In this document: one piece after another, positions 21,296 through 30,391 of the stretch | Position numbering within the stretch: position 1 is the first letter of the stretch | Layout: every line of letters starts with the position of its first letter | Assembly (NCBI GenBank): GCA_015661555.1 | Contig: DQVW01000056.1 | Coordinates: 1 to 41,739 of the forward strand | Reading direction: 5' to 3' | Length of the DNA stretch: 41,739 bases | DNA from: Methanothermococcus okinawensis | GTDB lineage: Archaea; AGJL01; Methanococci; Methanococcales; Methanococcaceae | Made by a program: the position numbers and the translations under genes | The notes under the pieces: generated by a model | Databases searched by the model: none | What the model saw: only the letters and a program-made list of their open reading frames with translations | Told to the model about the DNA's origin: nothing

Positions 21296-22372
21296 ATGGA
21301 GGATAGGGATATTCATCTGAGGAAGTTAGAGCATATCCTTATATGTAATCACTGTGAGGTAGAGTATAGAAAGGACACCCTCTTTAACGCTGTGGAGTTG
21401 ATCCATAGGGGAGTACCTAACTGTAATTTGGAGGAGATAGATACTACAACAGACCTTTTTGGAAAGAAGTTAGAGGCCCCTCTCATTGTAACAGGTATAA
21501 CTGGGGGCCATCCAAAGGCAAAGGAGATAAATAGAAACATAGCAGAGGCTGTGGAGGAGCTTAACCTGGGAATGGGTGTAGGCTCCCAGAGGGCAGGTAT
21601 ACTGGATAGTAGTGTTGAAGATACCTATAGGGTGGTAAGGGATTACGATATACCCCTCGTTATAGGTAATTTGGGGGCCGTTAACTTTATAGAGGATAGG
21701 TGGAACGAGGAAACCATAGAGAGGGCTATAGAGATGATTGATGGAGATGCCATGGCCATACACTTCAACCCCCTTCAGGAGGCTATCCAACCAGAGGGGG
21801 ATACTAACTTCAAGGGGGTGGATATCCTTAAGGATATCATCTCCAACTATAAGAGGAAGTACAGGGATATACCCTTTATAGCCAAGGAGGTAGGTGAGGG
21901 GTTTTCCAGGGAGGATGCCATAACACTGAGGGAGATAGGTTTTGATGGCATAGATGTAGCTGGAAGTGGCGGTACCTCCTGGGCTATGGTGGAGTACTAC
22001 AGGATAAAGGATAGGGAGTTCAGAGAGTTTTCAAAGAGATTCCTAGATTGGGGGATACCTACTGCAGTTTCCCTACTCTATGTAAAGGATGTCTTTCCAG
22101 GTACCATCATTGCAAGTGGTGGTATAAGATCTGGAATAGATATGGCAAAGTCTATAGCCCTAGGTGCCCACTGCTGTGGAGTTGCACTACCTGTACTGAG
22201 AGCCGCCTTAAGAGGTAGTAGAGAGGTTGTAAAGATACTTGAGAGGATGATTAGGGAGTTGAAGACAACCATGTTCCTGGTAGGTTGTGAAGATATAGAG
22301 GCACTAAGAAAGGCCAAATATGTAATAAAGGGGGAGTTAAGGGAGTGGTTAGATGTAAAGACTGTTTTATAG
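21296..22372 (+). CDS. fni: type 2 isopentenyl-diphosphate delta-isomerase
   Basis: RK..H, G.TGG, GVGSQR, H.NPLQE, KEVG.G, GSGGTSW and SGGIRSG. Confidence 0.96.
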   Translation: MEDRDIHLRKLEHILICNHCEVEYRKDTLFNAVELIHRGVPNCNLEEIDTTTDLFGKKLEAPLIVTGITGGHPKAKEINRNIAEAVEELNLGMGVGSQRAGILDSSVEDTYRVVRDYDIPLVIGNLGAVNFIEDRWNEETIERAIEMIDGDAMAIHFNPLQEAIQPEGDTNFKGVDILKDIISNYKRKYRDIPFIAKEVGEGFSREDAITLREIGFDGIDVAGSGGTSWAMVEYYRIKDREFREFSKRFLDWGIPTAVSLLYVKDVFPGTIIASGGIRSGIDMAKSIALGAHCCGVALPVLRAALRGSREVVKILERMIRELKTTMFLVGCEDIEALRKAKYVIKGELREWLDVKTVL

Positions 22373-22387
22373 ATGGCAACAAATGAA

Positions 22388-22510
22388 ACACCTATATTTC
22401 TCCCTGTCCCATATGTGGGGTACTTAAGGTCCAAATGGGTATAGGTATTCCCCTAAAGATGTGGGGAGTTTCCCTCCGATGAAGATGAGATGGGGAAGGT
22501 TATCACTACG
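22388..22510. ncRNA. candidate structured RNA / leader between fni and rnj
   Basis: GC-richer segment with nested stems ACCTATA/TATAGGT, CCCA/TGGG, TCCCC/GGGGA and TTCCC/GGGAA, the last enclosing a K-loop-like CGATGA-AG-ATGA. Family not recognised. Confidence 0.3.
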
Positions 22511-22678
22511 ATATTTTTAGAAGTAACCAATAACCAGAACGGTTAAAAATTAATAGTACTTAGGAATAAAAACAGGGAATTAAGTAAAATATTTGGACTT
22601 TTTAACTATCCTGGGATTTAGGGAATTAGGGGGTTTATAATGTTGATATTGTTTTTTATTTTAAAAAAATAAAAGAGA

Positions 22679-24034
22679 GTGGTGGATTTGCAGTTAGAAG
22701 TAGTTGCCATTGGAGGATACGAGGAAGTTGGAAAAAATATGACTGCCATCAATGTAGACGGTGAAATAATAATATTTGACATGGGTTTAATGCTGGACAG
22801 GGTGTTGATACACGAGGATACAGATATCTCCAAGATGCACAGTTTAAATTTAATTGAGATGGGTATAATCCCAGACGATACAGTGATGAAAAATATTGAA
22901 GGTGAGGTTAAGGCTATAGTAGTTTCCCATGGACATCTAGATCACATAGGAGCTATAACCAAGCTAGCCCATAGATACAACGCCCCAATTATTGGAACCC
23001 CCTATACCATAGAACTTATTAAGAGGGAGATATTAAGTGAGAAGAAATTCGATGTAAGGAACCCCCTGGTTACACTGAATCCAAAGGAATCCATAGATTT
23101 AACACCTAATTTAACCCTGGAGTTTATTAACATAACCCACAGTATTCCAGACTCTGTACTCCCAGTTCTTCACACACCCTACGGTGCCATAGTCTATGGA
23201 AACGACTTTAAATTTGACAACTTCCCTGTAGTAGGTGAGAGGCCAGATTACAGGGCTATAAAAAAGATAGGTAAGGAAGGGGTACTATGTATGATATCAG
23301 AGAGTACAAGGGTTGAGTACGAGGGAAAAACTCCCTCTGAAAAGGTGGCCTCAGATCTTTTAAAGAATGATCTCCTAGGTGCAGACAACGAGTCAAATGC
23401 GGTGATTGTCACAACCTTCTCCTCCCACATAGCCAGAATAAAGTCTACAACAGAGATTGCAGAAAAGATGGGTAGAACCCCCATACTCATAGGGAGGTCC
23501 ATGGTGAAGTACTGTGGCATAGCAGAGGATATAGGCATTGTAAAGTTTCCAGATGATACAAGGATGGCAGGAGATCCCTCTGCCGTAGACAGGATATTCC
23601 GGGAGATAATGAAGGAGGGTAAGGAGAATTACCTACTTATAGTAACAGGACATCAGGGGGAGGAGGGGGCTGTACTCTCCAGGATGGCTACTGAGAAGAC
23701 ACCCTTTAAATTTGAGAAGTACGACCAGGTTGTATTCTCTGCAGATGTAATACCTAACCCCATGAATGCCGCCCAGAGGTATATGTTAGAGGCCCGTTTA
23801 AAGAGATTGGGGGTAAGGGTATTCAAGGGAGCCCATGTCTCTGGACATGCCTCAAAGGAGGATCACAGGGACATGCTAAGGTGGATTAACCCTGAACATT
23901 TAATACCCTCCCATGGGGATTTCAACCTTACAACAGCCTATGCCAAGTTAGCTGAGGAGGAAGGCTATAGGTTAGGGGAGGATGTACATCTACTTAGAAA
24001 CGGTCAGAGTCTAAAGTTCGAGAGGATCATTTAA
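22679..24034 (+). CDS. rnj: archaeal RNase J (beta-CASP ribonuclease)
   Basis: GGY.EVGKNM, SHGHLDHIG, HSIPD, DFK, TGHQGE, HVSGH and PSHG. Confidence 0.95.
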   Translation: MVDLQLEVVAIGGYEEVGKNMTAINVDGEIIIFDMGLMLDRVLIHEDTDISKMHSLNLIEMGIIPDDTVMKNIEGEVKAIVVSHGHLDHIGAITKLAHRYNAPIIGTPYTIELIKREILSEKKFDVRNPLVTLNPKESIDLTPNLTLEFINITHSIPDSVLPVLHTPYGAIVYGNDFKFDNFPVVGERPDYRAIKKIGKEGVLCMISESTRVEYEGKTPSEKVASDLLKNDLLGADNESNAVIVTTFSSHIARIKSTTEIAEKMGRTPILIGRSMVKYCGIAEDIGIVKFPDDTRMAGDPSAVDRIFREIMKEGKENYLLIVTGHQGEEGAVLSRMATEKTPFKFEKYDQVVFSADVIPNPMNAAQRYMLEARLKRLGVRVFKGAHVSGHASKEDHRDMLRWINPEHLIPSHGDFNLTTAYAKLAEEEGYRLGEDVHLLRNGQSLKFERII

Positions 24035-24059
24035 TCCTATTTTTTAATAAGGTGAAAAG

Positions 24060-25019
24060 ATGGAACCCTTTGACAAGGATATCCTATCCCTGATTGAGAA
24101 AGAGTTAAATAGATATTTGGAGGGCGAGGGCACTATATATAAGGCCTCTAGACATCTTCTACTGGCAGGGGGTAAGAGGATAAGACCTTATCTAACGGTT
24201 ATCACCTATATGTTAAAGGGAGAGAGGGTTGAGGAGGTGCTCCCAGCAGCCCTTGCAGTTGAGTTGATCCATAACTACACCCTTATACACGACGACATAA
24301 TGGATAACGACGACAGGAGAAGGGGTATACCCACTGTTCACGTAGTATATGGAAAGCCTATGGCTATCCTTGCAGGAGATCTCCTCTATGCAAAGGCCTT
24401 TGTTGCAGTGTCAGATATAAGGGATTCTAAGAAGGCCCATGAGGTCCTTAAGGTACTCTCCAGATCCTGTGTAGATGTATGTGTAGGACAGGCTATGGAT
24501 ATGGAGTTTGAGGAGAGGGATGACATTACCATGGAGGAGTATCTGGAGATGATCTCCAAGAAAACTGGTGCCCTTATAGTAACCTCTGTGGAGATAGGTG
24601 CCATAATGGGAGAATGCTCCCTCCAGGAGAGGGAGGCCCTCAGGGAATACGCCAAGAGGATAGGTTTAGCCTTCCAGATACAGGATGACATCCTAGACCT
24701 TATTGGTAATAAGGATAAAATAGGAAAACCAATAGGTAGCGATATAAGGGAGGGTAAGAAGACCCTCATAGTTATACACGCCCTTCAGCATCTCCCAGAG
24801 GATAAGAAGAGGAGGCTCTTGGAGATTCTTGGAAAGAGAGATGCCAGGGAGGAGGAGATTGAGGAGGCCATTGAGATACTTAGAGACTCTATAGAGTTTG
24901 CCAGGGAGATGGTAAAGAGGTATGTTACAGAGGCCAAGGAGTATTTAAAAATATTCGATAAAGATAGAAGGAAAAAGTTAGAGGATATAGCAGACTTTAT
25001 AATGGAGAGGGTGTATTAA
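24060..25019 (+). CDS. idsA: geranylgeranyl diphosphate synthase (short-chain isoprenyl diphosphate synthase)
   Basis: GGKR.RP, LIHDDIMD, RRG, GQ..D, KT and FQIQDD. Confidence 0.94.
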   Translation: MEPFDKDILSLIEKELNRYLEGEGTIYKASRHLLLAGGKRIRPYLTVITYMLKGERVEEVLPAALAVELIHNYTLIHDDIMDNDDRRRGIPTVHVVYGKPMAILAGDLLYAKAFVAVSDIRDSKKAHEVLKVLSRSCVDVCVGQAMDMEFEERDDITMEEYLEMISKKTGALIVTSVEIGAIMGECSLQEREALREYAKRIGLAFQIQDDILDLIGNKDKIGKPIGSDIREGKKTLIVIHALQHLPEDKKRRLLEILGKRDAREEEIEEAIEILRDSIEFAREMVKRYVTEAKEYLKIFDKDRRKKLEDIADFIMERVY

Positions 25020-25896
25020 AAAAAGGAAAGTACTCCCTCTTTATTACAGGCACCTCTGAGAAACAGTCCAGGGTCATGGCGTTAAGAAGGTATCCATCTA
25101 AACCCTTTAAATTAACCAGTAGACACCCCTTGATAGTAACCCTGATATCAGGTGCCCTCTTCCCCATCTCATCCACTAGAAGTAGGAGATCCCTTACCCT
25201 TCCAACACCATCCACATTACAGATACCCTCTAGCCTATCCCTGTTTCCCCTGTGGACTATCAGGTGGTGTACCATTATCTCCTTAACCTTGCTCTCCCTA
25301 CTTAAGATCTCCGAGAGTTCTATTAACTCCTCCCTGTTAAAACCTGGGATATACACACTTCTAACTATGGTGTAGAAATATTTAGAGGCTATTTTTATAT
25401 TCTCCAGTATCCTCTCGAAGGTTTTAGATCCAGTTATTCTCTCATGGGTTTCTGGGGTGGAGGCACTTAGACTTACCATGAGGATATCCAGCCCTAGATC
25501 TTTAAATTCCTTTATTAAGTCCTTATCGAGATTCACCCCATTTGTCTGGAGGTCACACCTTAAGTTAAGGGACTTTGTAAATTCAATAGCTCTTTTAACC
25601 TTCTCTGGATAGAGTAGGGGCTCCCCATACTGACTGATGGTTATAGCTGTGTAGTTTTTAGTATCAGGATTTTTAGGATCTATACCGTATATACCCTCTT
25701 TCACTTTAACTAACCGGGAGTAACAAAATATACAGTTATGTTGGCACCTCTGGGTAATCTCGATGGAGGGGTGGTGATAGGGGTTAGGATTACTTAAGTC
25801 TAGACCTTGACAACCTATACAGTGCTTAGAAACCTTTAGATTATTTACAATATCCTCTAACCTGTCACAGATATCATTTCGAAGAAGGATCCTGAT
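24997..25896 (-). CDS. radical SAM protein (299 aa if initiated at a non-canonical ATC)
   Basis: The frame stays open upstream of 25704 to a TGA at 25909-25911 and encodes HCIGC and HHPSIEITQRCQHNCIFCYS (CxxxCxxC); the body has GEP and QTNG. There is no ATG/GTG/TTG upstream of the motif, and ATC at 25896 lies 5 nt after GGTG. Confidence 0.85.
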   Translation of the reverse strand: MRILLRNDICDRLEDIVNNLKVSKHCIGCQGLDLSNPNPYHHPSIEITQRCQHNCIFCYSRLVKVKEGIYGIDPKNPDTKNYTAITISQYGEPLLYPEKVKRAIEFTKSLNLRCDLQTNGVNLDKDLIKEFKDLGLDILMVSLSASTPETHERITGSKTFERILENIKIASKYFYTIVRSVYIPGFNREELIELSEILSRESKVKEIMVHHLIVHRGNRDRLEGICNVDGVGRVRDLLLLVDEMGKRAPDIRVTIKGCLLVNLKGLDGYLLNAMTLDCFSEVPVIKREYFPFFNTPSPL

Positions 25897-25929
25897 AGTT
25901 CCACCCTCTCAAGAGGATAAAAAAAGTAG

Positions 25930-26166
25930 TTATTCCAAAAGCCCTGCTGCATCTAGTGCCAACTTAACCTCCTCAGTTGAGGCACCCTTTTTAATATCTA
26001 CCTTCTTCTCAGTGGGCTCTATATGTTTTATATTACATCTCCTCCTTTTCACATTTCCATCTATTAGGACAAAGTTTTTATCTATCACGTCTACTATGAC
26101 GCAGATCTTTCCTGCCTCTCTTCCCATAGTTTTAACACATACCCTTCCCACTTCAATTGCAGCCAT
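25930..26166 (-). CDS. rpl14e: 50S ribosomal protein L14e
   Basis: [21 protein letters not shown] and VKRRRCNI.H. Confidence 0.96.
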   Translation of the reverse strand: MAAIEVGRVCVKTMGREAGKICVIVDVIDKNFVLIDGNVKRRRCNIKHIEPTEKKVDIKKGASTEEVKLALDAAGLLE

Positions 26167-26176
26167 TCTTTCACCT

Positions 26177-26719
26177 TTACTCTTTTTTTAAACTGTCTAT
26201 ACACTTACAGATGATGTTAAATACACCCTCCACGTCCCAACGTGAGGTATCTATGACCAGATGGTAGATAGAGAGATCCTCTAGATCTATGTCGTAAATC
26301 TCTTTATAACGTTTTTTCTCACTTTTCTCCCTCTCAATCATTTCCGAGAGTGTTTTTTCCATATCCTTCTTTTCCCTCTTACTTATCCTCTCACATCTAA
26401 CCATTGGAGGAGCCTTTAACCATATGGAAAGTGTTGGTTCTATGTTATGTTTTTTCAGTATCCACGCTGTAAGTCGTCCCTCTAGTACTACATTCCCCTC
26501 CTTTGCAATTTCCACCTGCATGGCGTCTATCTTTCTATCTATCTCTGGATGCTCCTCTGCATACTTACTGAACTCTGAGAGGTCCATGTTCATCTTTTTG
26601 GCCATCTCCCTGAAGATAAACCCTGCGCATACATGTTTCAATCCATACTTTTTAGCAATCATCTTAGATATTGTCGTTGTTCCACTACCTGGAGGTCCTC
26701 CAATGGTTATTATCATCAC
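26177..26719 (-). CDS. cmk: cytidylate kinase (archaeal)
   Basis: [21 protein letters not shown] and RE.SE..RY; sits between rpl34e and rpl14e. Confidence 0.95.
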   Translation of the reverse strand: MMIITIGGPPGSGTTTISKMIAKKYGLKHVCAGFIFREMAKKMNMDLSEFSKYAEEHPEIDRKIDAMQVEIAKEGNVVLEGRLTAWILKKHNIEPTLSIWLKAPPMVRCERISKREKKDMEKTLSEMIEREKSEKKRYKEIYDIDLEDLSIYHLVIDTSRWDVEGVFNIICKCIDSLKKE

Positions 26720-26733
26720 AACACCTTATATCT

Positions 26734-27009
26734 TTAAAGTTCTAGATTTCTTGCCCTCTCAATCATCAACCTTCTTAGACACCTTGGACAGAGGTAACCA
26801 CCGTATGGTCTCTCAGGTCTTTTCTCTGTTTTGGATAATTTTCTTATCTCAGAGGGCCTACCCCTTGGGACACCATTCAGGATGGCGCCACATTGGGCAC
26901 ACTTTGCCTTATCAGGTTTTCTCCTCCTGTAGTGTATCAACGTTCTGTTACCAGGACCCCTCTTAAAAACCTTCTTTAGAGATCTAGACCTGTACCTTGG
27001 AGCAGGCAT
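26734..27009 (-). CDS. rpl34e: 50S ribosomal protein L34e
   Basis: [13 protein letters not shown] and [11 protein letters not shown]. Start moved to ATG 27009 (GGAGGT SD). Confidence 0.96.
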   Translation of the reverse strand: MPAPRYRSRSLKKVFKRGPGNRTLIHYRRRKPDKAKCAQCGAILNGVPRGRPSEIRKLSKTEKRPERPYGGYLCPRCLRRLMIERARNLEL

Positions 27010-27112
27010 ATAGATACCTCCTAGATGTTTATAAAATAAAAATAGCAGGGTCATTACTTAATTAGAAAGAGGGTATACCTCCTACTATTTAAATCTTTCG
27101 TAGAGGGAGAGC

Positions 27113-28108
27113 TTGAAGGAAATAGATATTAAGGAGCTAAAGAGGTACTGCAATCCCTCCTATCTTACTATTAGAAGGGATAAGATCATTGTAAACAGTA
27201 GAAGACTAGCTGGGATATCCAGGGCAAAGAAGGAGAAGATAGAGAGGAGATTTAAAATACCTGTGATCTACTCTGAGAGCTACGAGTTAATATCCCAGAA
27301 GATGGGGAGGTATATATCCAAATACCGTATCATATCCCCTGGGGACGTATTGATAGTAGGTTTAAGTGGAGGTAAGGATAGTTTAGCACTACTTCATCTC
27401 CTGGAGTCCTATAGACGTAGATTTGGGGTGAAGATATATGCAGTCACTGTCGATGTAAATGTAGGGGGTATTAGACCTTGGCACCCTGGAAGCGAAAGTG
27501 TAAAAAAGATATCTGAGCACTGTGAGGCTCTAAGTATCCCCCACAGGGTGATATCCTTTCAGGAGGATGTGGTTAAGATGTCTAAACTACTCTCAGATAA
27601 CTCCACAGGTATTGTATACTCTCCCTGCTTCTCCTGTTCCATAGTGAGAAGATATCTCCTAACTAACTTTGCCATGGAGTTAGTTGAGAAGGGAATTGAG
27701 AAAAACAGTATAAAGATATGCCTGGGACACACCTTGGAGGATAACTCAGATACTGTACTGGCCAATATCTTTAAGGGGGATATTATAAGGGTTTTGGAAC
27801 CTATTAAGAATTTTGAGGAGATCACCTTCGACTTCAAAGAGTTTAAACTTACACTACCACCATGTACCATAGTAAGACCCCTACTAAGTGTCTCTGAAAA
27901 GGACATCCTGAAGGCCTTGGAGGAGTGTGGTATCCAGTACTACAGAGATAAGGAGGTATGCCCCTACAGTAGGGATAGAGGAGACAGTATTAGGAGGAGA
28001 TGTCACGAGATACTGGAGGACCTTGAGAGGGATGTAAAAAATATTAGGGAGATGGTGGTCTCCTCCGTGTTAAAGTCTATAGAGTACTACAGGAACAGGG
28101 ATATTTAA
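27113..28108 (+). CDS. TtcA/Ncs6-like PP-loop tRNA thiolation family protein
   Basis: SGGKDS PP-loop, PCFSC...RR, GH...D, RPL and CPY. Confidence 0.82.
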   Translation: MKEIDIKELKRYCNPSYLTIRRDKIIVNSRRLAGISRAKKEKIERRFKIPVIYSESYELISQKMGRYISKYRIISPGDVLIVGLSGGKDSLALLHLLESYRRRFGVKIYAVTVDVNVGGIRPWHPGSESVKKISEHCEALSIPHRVISFQEDVVKMSKLLSDNSTGIVYSPCFSCSIVRRYLLTNFAMELVEKGIEKNSIKICLGHTLEDNSDTVLANIFKGDIIRVLEPIKNFEEITFDFKEFKLTLPPCTIVRPLLSVSEKDILKALEECGIQYYRDKEVCPYSRDRGDSIRRRCHEILEDLERDVKNIREMVVSSVLKSIEYYRNRDI

Positions 28109-28215
28109 GCTGTTCCTTCTCTCGAGGTTGGACAGTCCTATAGGAAATATTTATAAATAATATTAGGTCAGAAAAAAGGAGTGTAAAAAGAGATCGTTTT
28201 AATTTAGGTGATAAA

Positions 28216-29829
28216 ATGAGGGAAAAACTACTAATACTGGCCCTGGCAGTAATGCTAAGTTTAGTAAATGTGGTCTACTCTGAGAATGAGGAGGGTTTAC
28301 TTTGGAAATACGAGACAGAGAGTGAAATTAACTCAGTAGCTATGTCCGCTGATGGAGAGTATATAGTTGCTGGAAGTGGAACCTATTATACCATTGGAGA
28401 AGGGGGGAAAGTATATATCTTCAATAAAAAGGGGCAGGTGTTAAGAAATTACAAGACAGAATATATAGTTAACTCGGTGGCAATAACACCAGATGGAGAG
28501 TATATAGTTGCTGGAAGTGGTGACGACCATGTCTACTTCTTCAACGTGGACGGTATCTTACTGTGGAACTATAAAACAAAGGGTGGTGTTAACTCTGTAG
28601 CCCTGACCTCAGATGGGAAGTACATAGTTGCTGGTAGTAATGGCGACCATGTCTACCTACTAGATAGGGATGGGGTATTACTATGGAAGTATAGAATAGA
28701 CGGTAATGTCCTATCGGTGGCAATAACACCTGATGGAAGATATATAGTCGCTGGAAGTGACGATAACCATGTATACTTCTTCAACAGAGAGGGAGTACTA
28801 CTGTGGAAGTATAAAACAGATGGGGATGTTAGATCCATAGCCATAACACCTGATGGTAAGTATATAGCTACAGGGAGTGGGGACTACGCATACCACGGTT
28901 ACAGTAATTCAGGGCAAGTTTGTCTCTTTAACAGGGAGGGAGTACTACTGTGGGACTACTGGACAGATGGTAGTGTTAACTCAGTGGCAGTATCTACAGA
29001 TGGAGAGTGTGTAGTTGCTGGGAGTGATGACAGCTATGTATACTTCTTCAACAAAGATGGAGTGCTAGTGTGGAGATATAAAACCGATGGGAATGTCAAC
29101 TCTGTATCAATAACACCAAATGGAGAGTATATAGTTGCAGGGAGTAAATCCAACAAAGTCTACTTCTTAAACAGTGAAGGAGAGTTACTCTGGGATCACT
29201 GGGTAGACGGGCATGCTAAGTCAGTGGCAATAACACCTGATGGAAGGTATATAGCTGTAGGAAGTGGTGGCTACTTGGGAGGGGAGGTATATCTCTTCAG
29301 CCCCTGGGAGGCAATACTGAAAAAGATAATAGAGGACGCCAAGTCAACTATCTCTAGAATAAAGATGAAATACGATGTAAAAGAGGCTGAGATACTTCTT
29401 GCCCAGGCAGAGGCTGCATTTAAGAAGGGAGATTACGACAAGGCAGAAGAACTTGCCCTGAAGGCCAAGAAAAAAGCTATCGAGATAAGTGAGCAGGCTA
29501 AGGAAGTTGAAAAGATAATAGAAGATGCCAGATTAACCATCTTAGAGGAGAAGTTAAAGTACAACGTTGAAAAGGCTGAGATACTTCTTGCCCAGGCAGA
29601 GGCTGCATTTAAAGAGGGTAACTTTAGTAAGGCAGAAGAACTTGCCCTGAAGGCAAAATCCCTTGCTCTAGACATAGATGAGGATGGAATACTCAATGAC
29701 GAGGACATGCTTCCCTATATAAACAACTACTATATCTACGCTGGAATTGGGATAATAATCGTGGCTATAGTACTGATATCTGCAGGCTTTGTAATATTCC
29801 TCTACAAGAGAAAGGACATAGGACTCTAA
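28216..29829 (+). CDS. secreted, membrane-anchored WD40/PQQ-like 8-bladed beta-propeller protein with helical stalk
   Basis: Signal peptide; eight ~40-aa LLW.Y.T...V.SVAITPDG.YI.AGS repeats; duplicated helical repeat; DIDEDGILNDED Ca-binding-like motif; C-terminal TM helix with basic tail. Confidence 0.88.
   Translation: MREKLLILALAVMLSLVNVVYSENEEGLLWKYETESEINSVAMSADGEYIVAGSGTYYTIGEGGKVYIFNKKGQVLRNYKTEYIVNSVAITPDGEYIVAGSGDDHVYFFNVDGILLWNYKTKGGVNSVALTSDGKYIVAGSNGDHVYLLDRDGVLLWKYRIDGNVLSVAITPDGRYIVAGSDDNHVYFFNREGVLLWKYKTDGDVRSIAITPDGKYIATGSGDYAYHGYSNSGQVCLFNREGVLLWDYWTDGSVNSVAVSTDGECVVAGSDDSYVYFFNKDGVLVWRYKTDGNVNSVSITPNGEYIVAGSKSNKVYFLNSEGELLWDHWVDGHAKSVAITPDGRYIAVGSGGYLGGEVYLFSPWEAILKKIIEDAKSTISRIKMKYDVKEAEILLAQAEAAFKKGDYDKAEELALKAKKKAIEISEQAKEVEKIIEDARLTILEEKLKYNVEKAEILLAQAEAAFKEGNFSKAEELALKAKSLALDIDEDGILNDEDMLPYINNYYIYAGIGIIIVAIVLISAGFVIFLYKRKDIGL
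28297..29300 (+). repeat. eight tandem ~120-nt beta-propeller blade repeats
   Basis: Recurrent GCAATAACACC(A/T)GATGG and TATATAGTTGCTGGAAGTG DNA motifs at about 120-nt spacing. Confidence 0.85.
29384..29654 (+). repeat. direct repeat (189-nt offset) in the stalk-coding region
   Basis: Identical 40-mer AGGCTGAGATACTTCTTGCCCAGGCAGAGGCTGCATTTAA at 29384 and 29573; identical 26-mer AAGGCAGAAGAACTTGCCCTGAAGGC at 29440 and 29629. Confidence 0.92.
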
Positions 29830-29860
29830 TTCCCTTTTTTATTTTTTTATCAGGGATATA

Positions 29861-30391
29861 ATGGAGAGGGCAGTATTTACACCTAGAAAGAGATCTAAAG
29901 ATGATAACCTACTAAAGGTACTGGATGCATCCTCTTTTATACATGGTTACAACCCCTCCCTGGAGAAGGGAGAGCACTATACCACCAGTGGTGTAGTAGA
30001 GGAGGTAAAAAGTAAAAGGGATGTTATCTACCTGGCCCTGGAGTATGGGAAGTTATTTATCAGGGAACCTAGGAGGGAAACTGTAGAAAGGGTAAAAAAA
30101 GCCTCCCTAGAAACTGGAGATAATCTCTCCCAATGTGATATGGAGATACTGGCTCTGGCTATAGACCTAGGTGGAGTACTCTATACCGACGACTACGGAC
30201 TACAGAACGTTGCCAGGAAACTCTCTGTTCCATTTAGACCTGTAATTTCCAGGGGGATAAGGGAGGAGTTTACATGGAGACTTGTATGTAGGGGATGTAA
30301 GAGGGTATACGATATAGACTACCAGGAGGAGGTCTGTGAAGTCTGTGGAAGTCCCCTGGAACGAAAGAGGGTCAGAAAAAGAAAAAACTAA
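29861..30391 (+). CDS. nob1: Nob1-like PIN-domain endoribonuclease
   Basis: VLDAS.FI, V..EVK, LS..D..ILALA, TDDY.LQN.A and C.GC...C..CG zinc ribbon. Confidence 0.92.
   Translation: MERAVFTPRKRSKDDNLLKVLDASSFIHGYNPSLEKGEHYTTSGVVEEVKSKRDVIYLALEYGKLFIREPRRETVERVKKASLETGDNLSQCDMEILALAIDLGGVLYTDDYGLQNVARKLSVPFRPVISRGIREEFTWRLVCRGCKRVYDIDYQEEVCEVCGSPLERKRVRKRKN

Noticed and set aside
21296-25019. RNase J embedded between isoprenoid genes as a novelty
   Set aside because: The fni-rnj-idsA order is an established conserved euryarchaeal arrangement.
28109-28170. Short hairpin and palindromes (CTGTTC/GGACAG, TCCTATAGGA, TATTTATAAATA) before the propeller gene
   Set aside because: Short, and compatible with an ordinary terminator plus TATA box; not enough support for a distinct element.
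28297-29300. Periodic DNA repeats as a CRISPR array
   Set aside because: The repeats are degenerate, in-frame ~120-nt units encoding propeller blades, with no constant repeat and unique spacer pattern.
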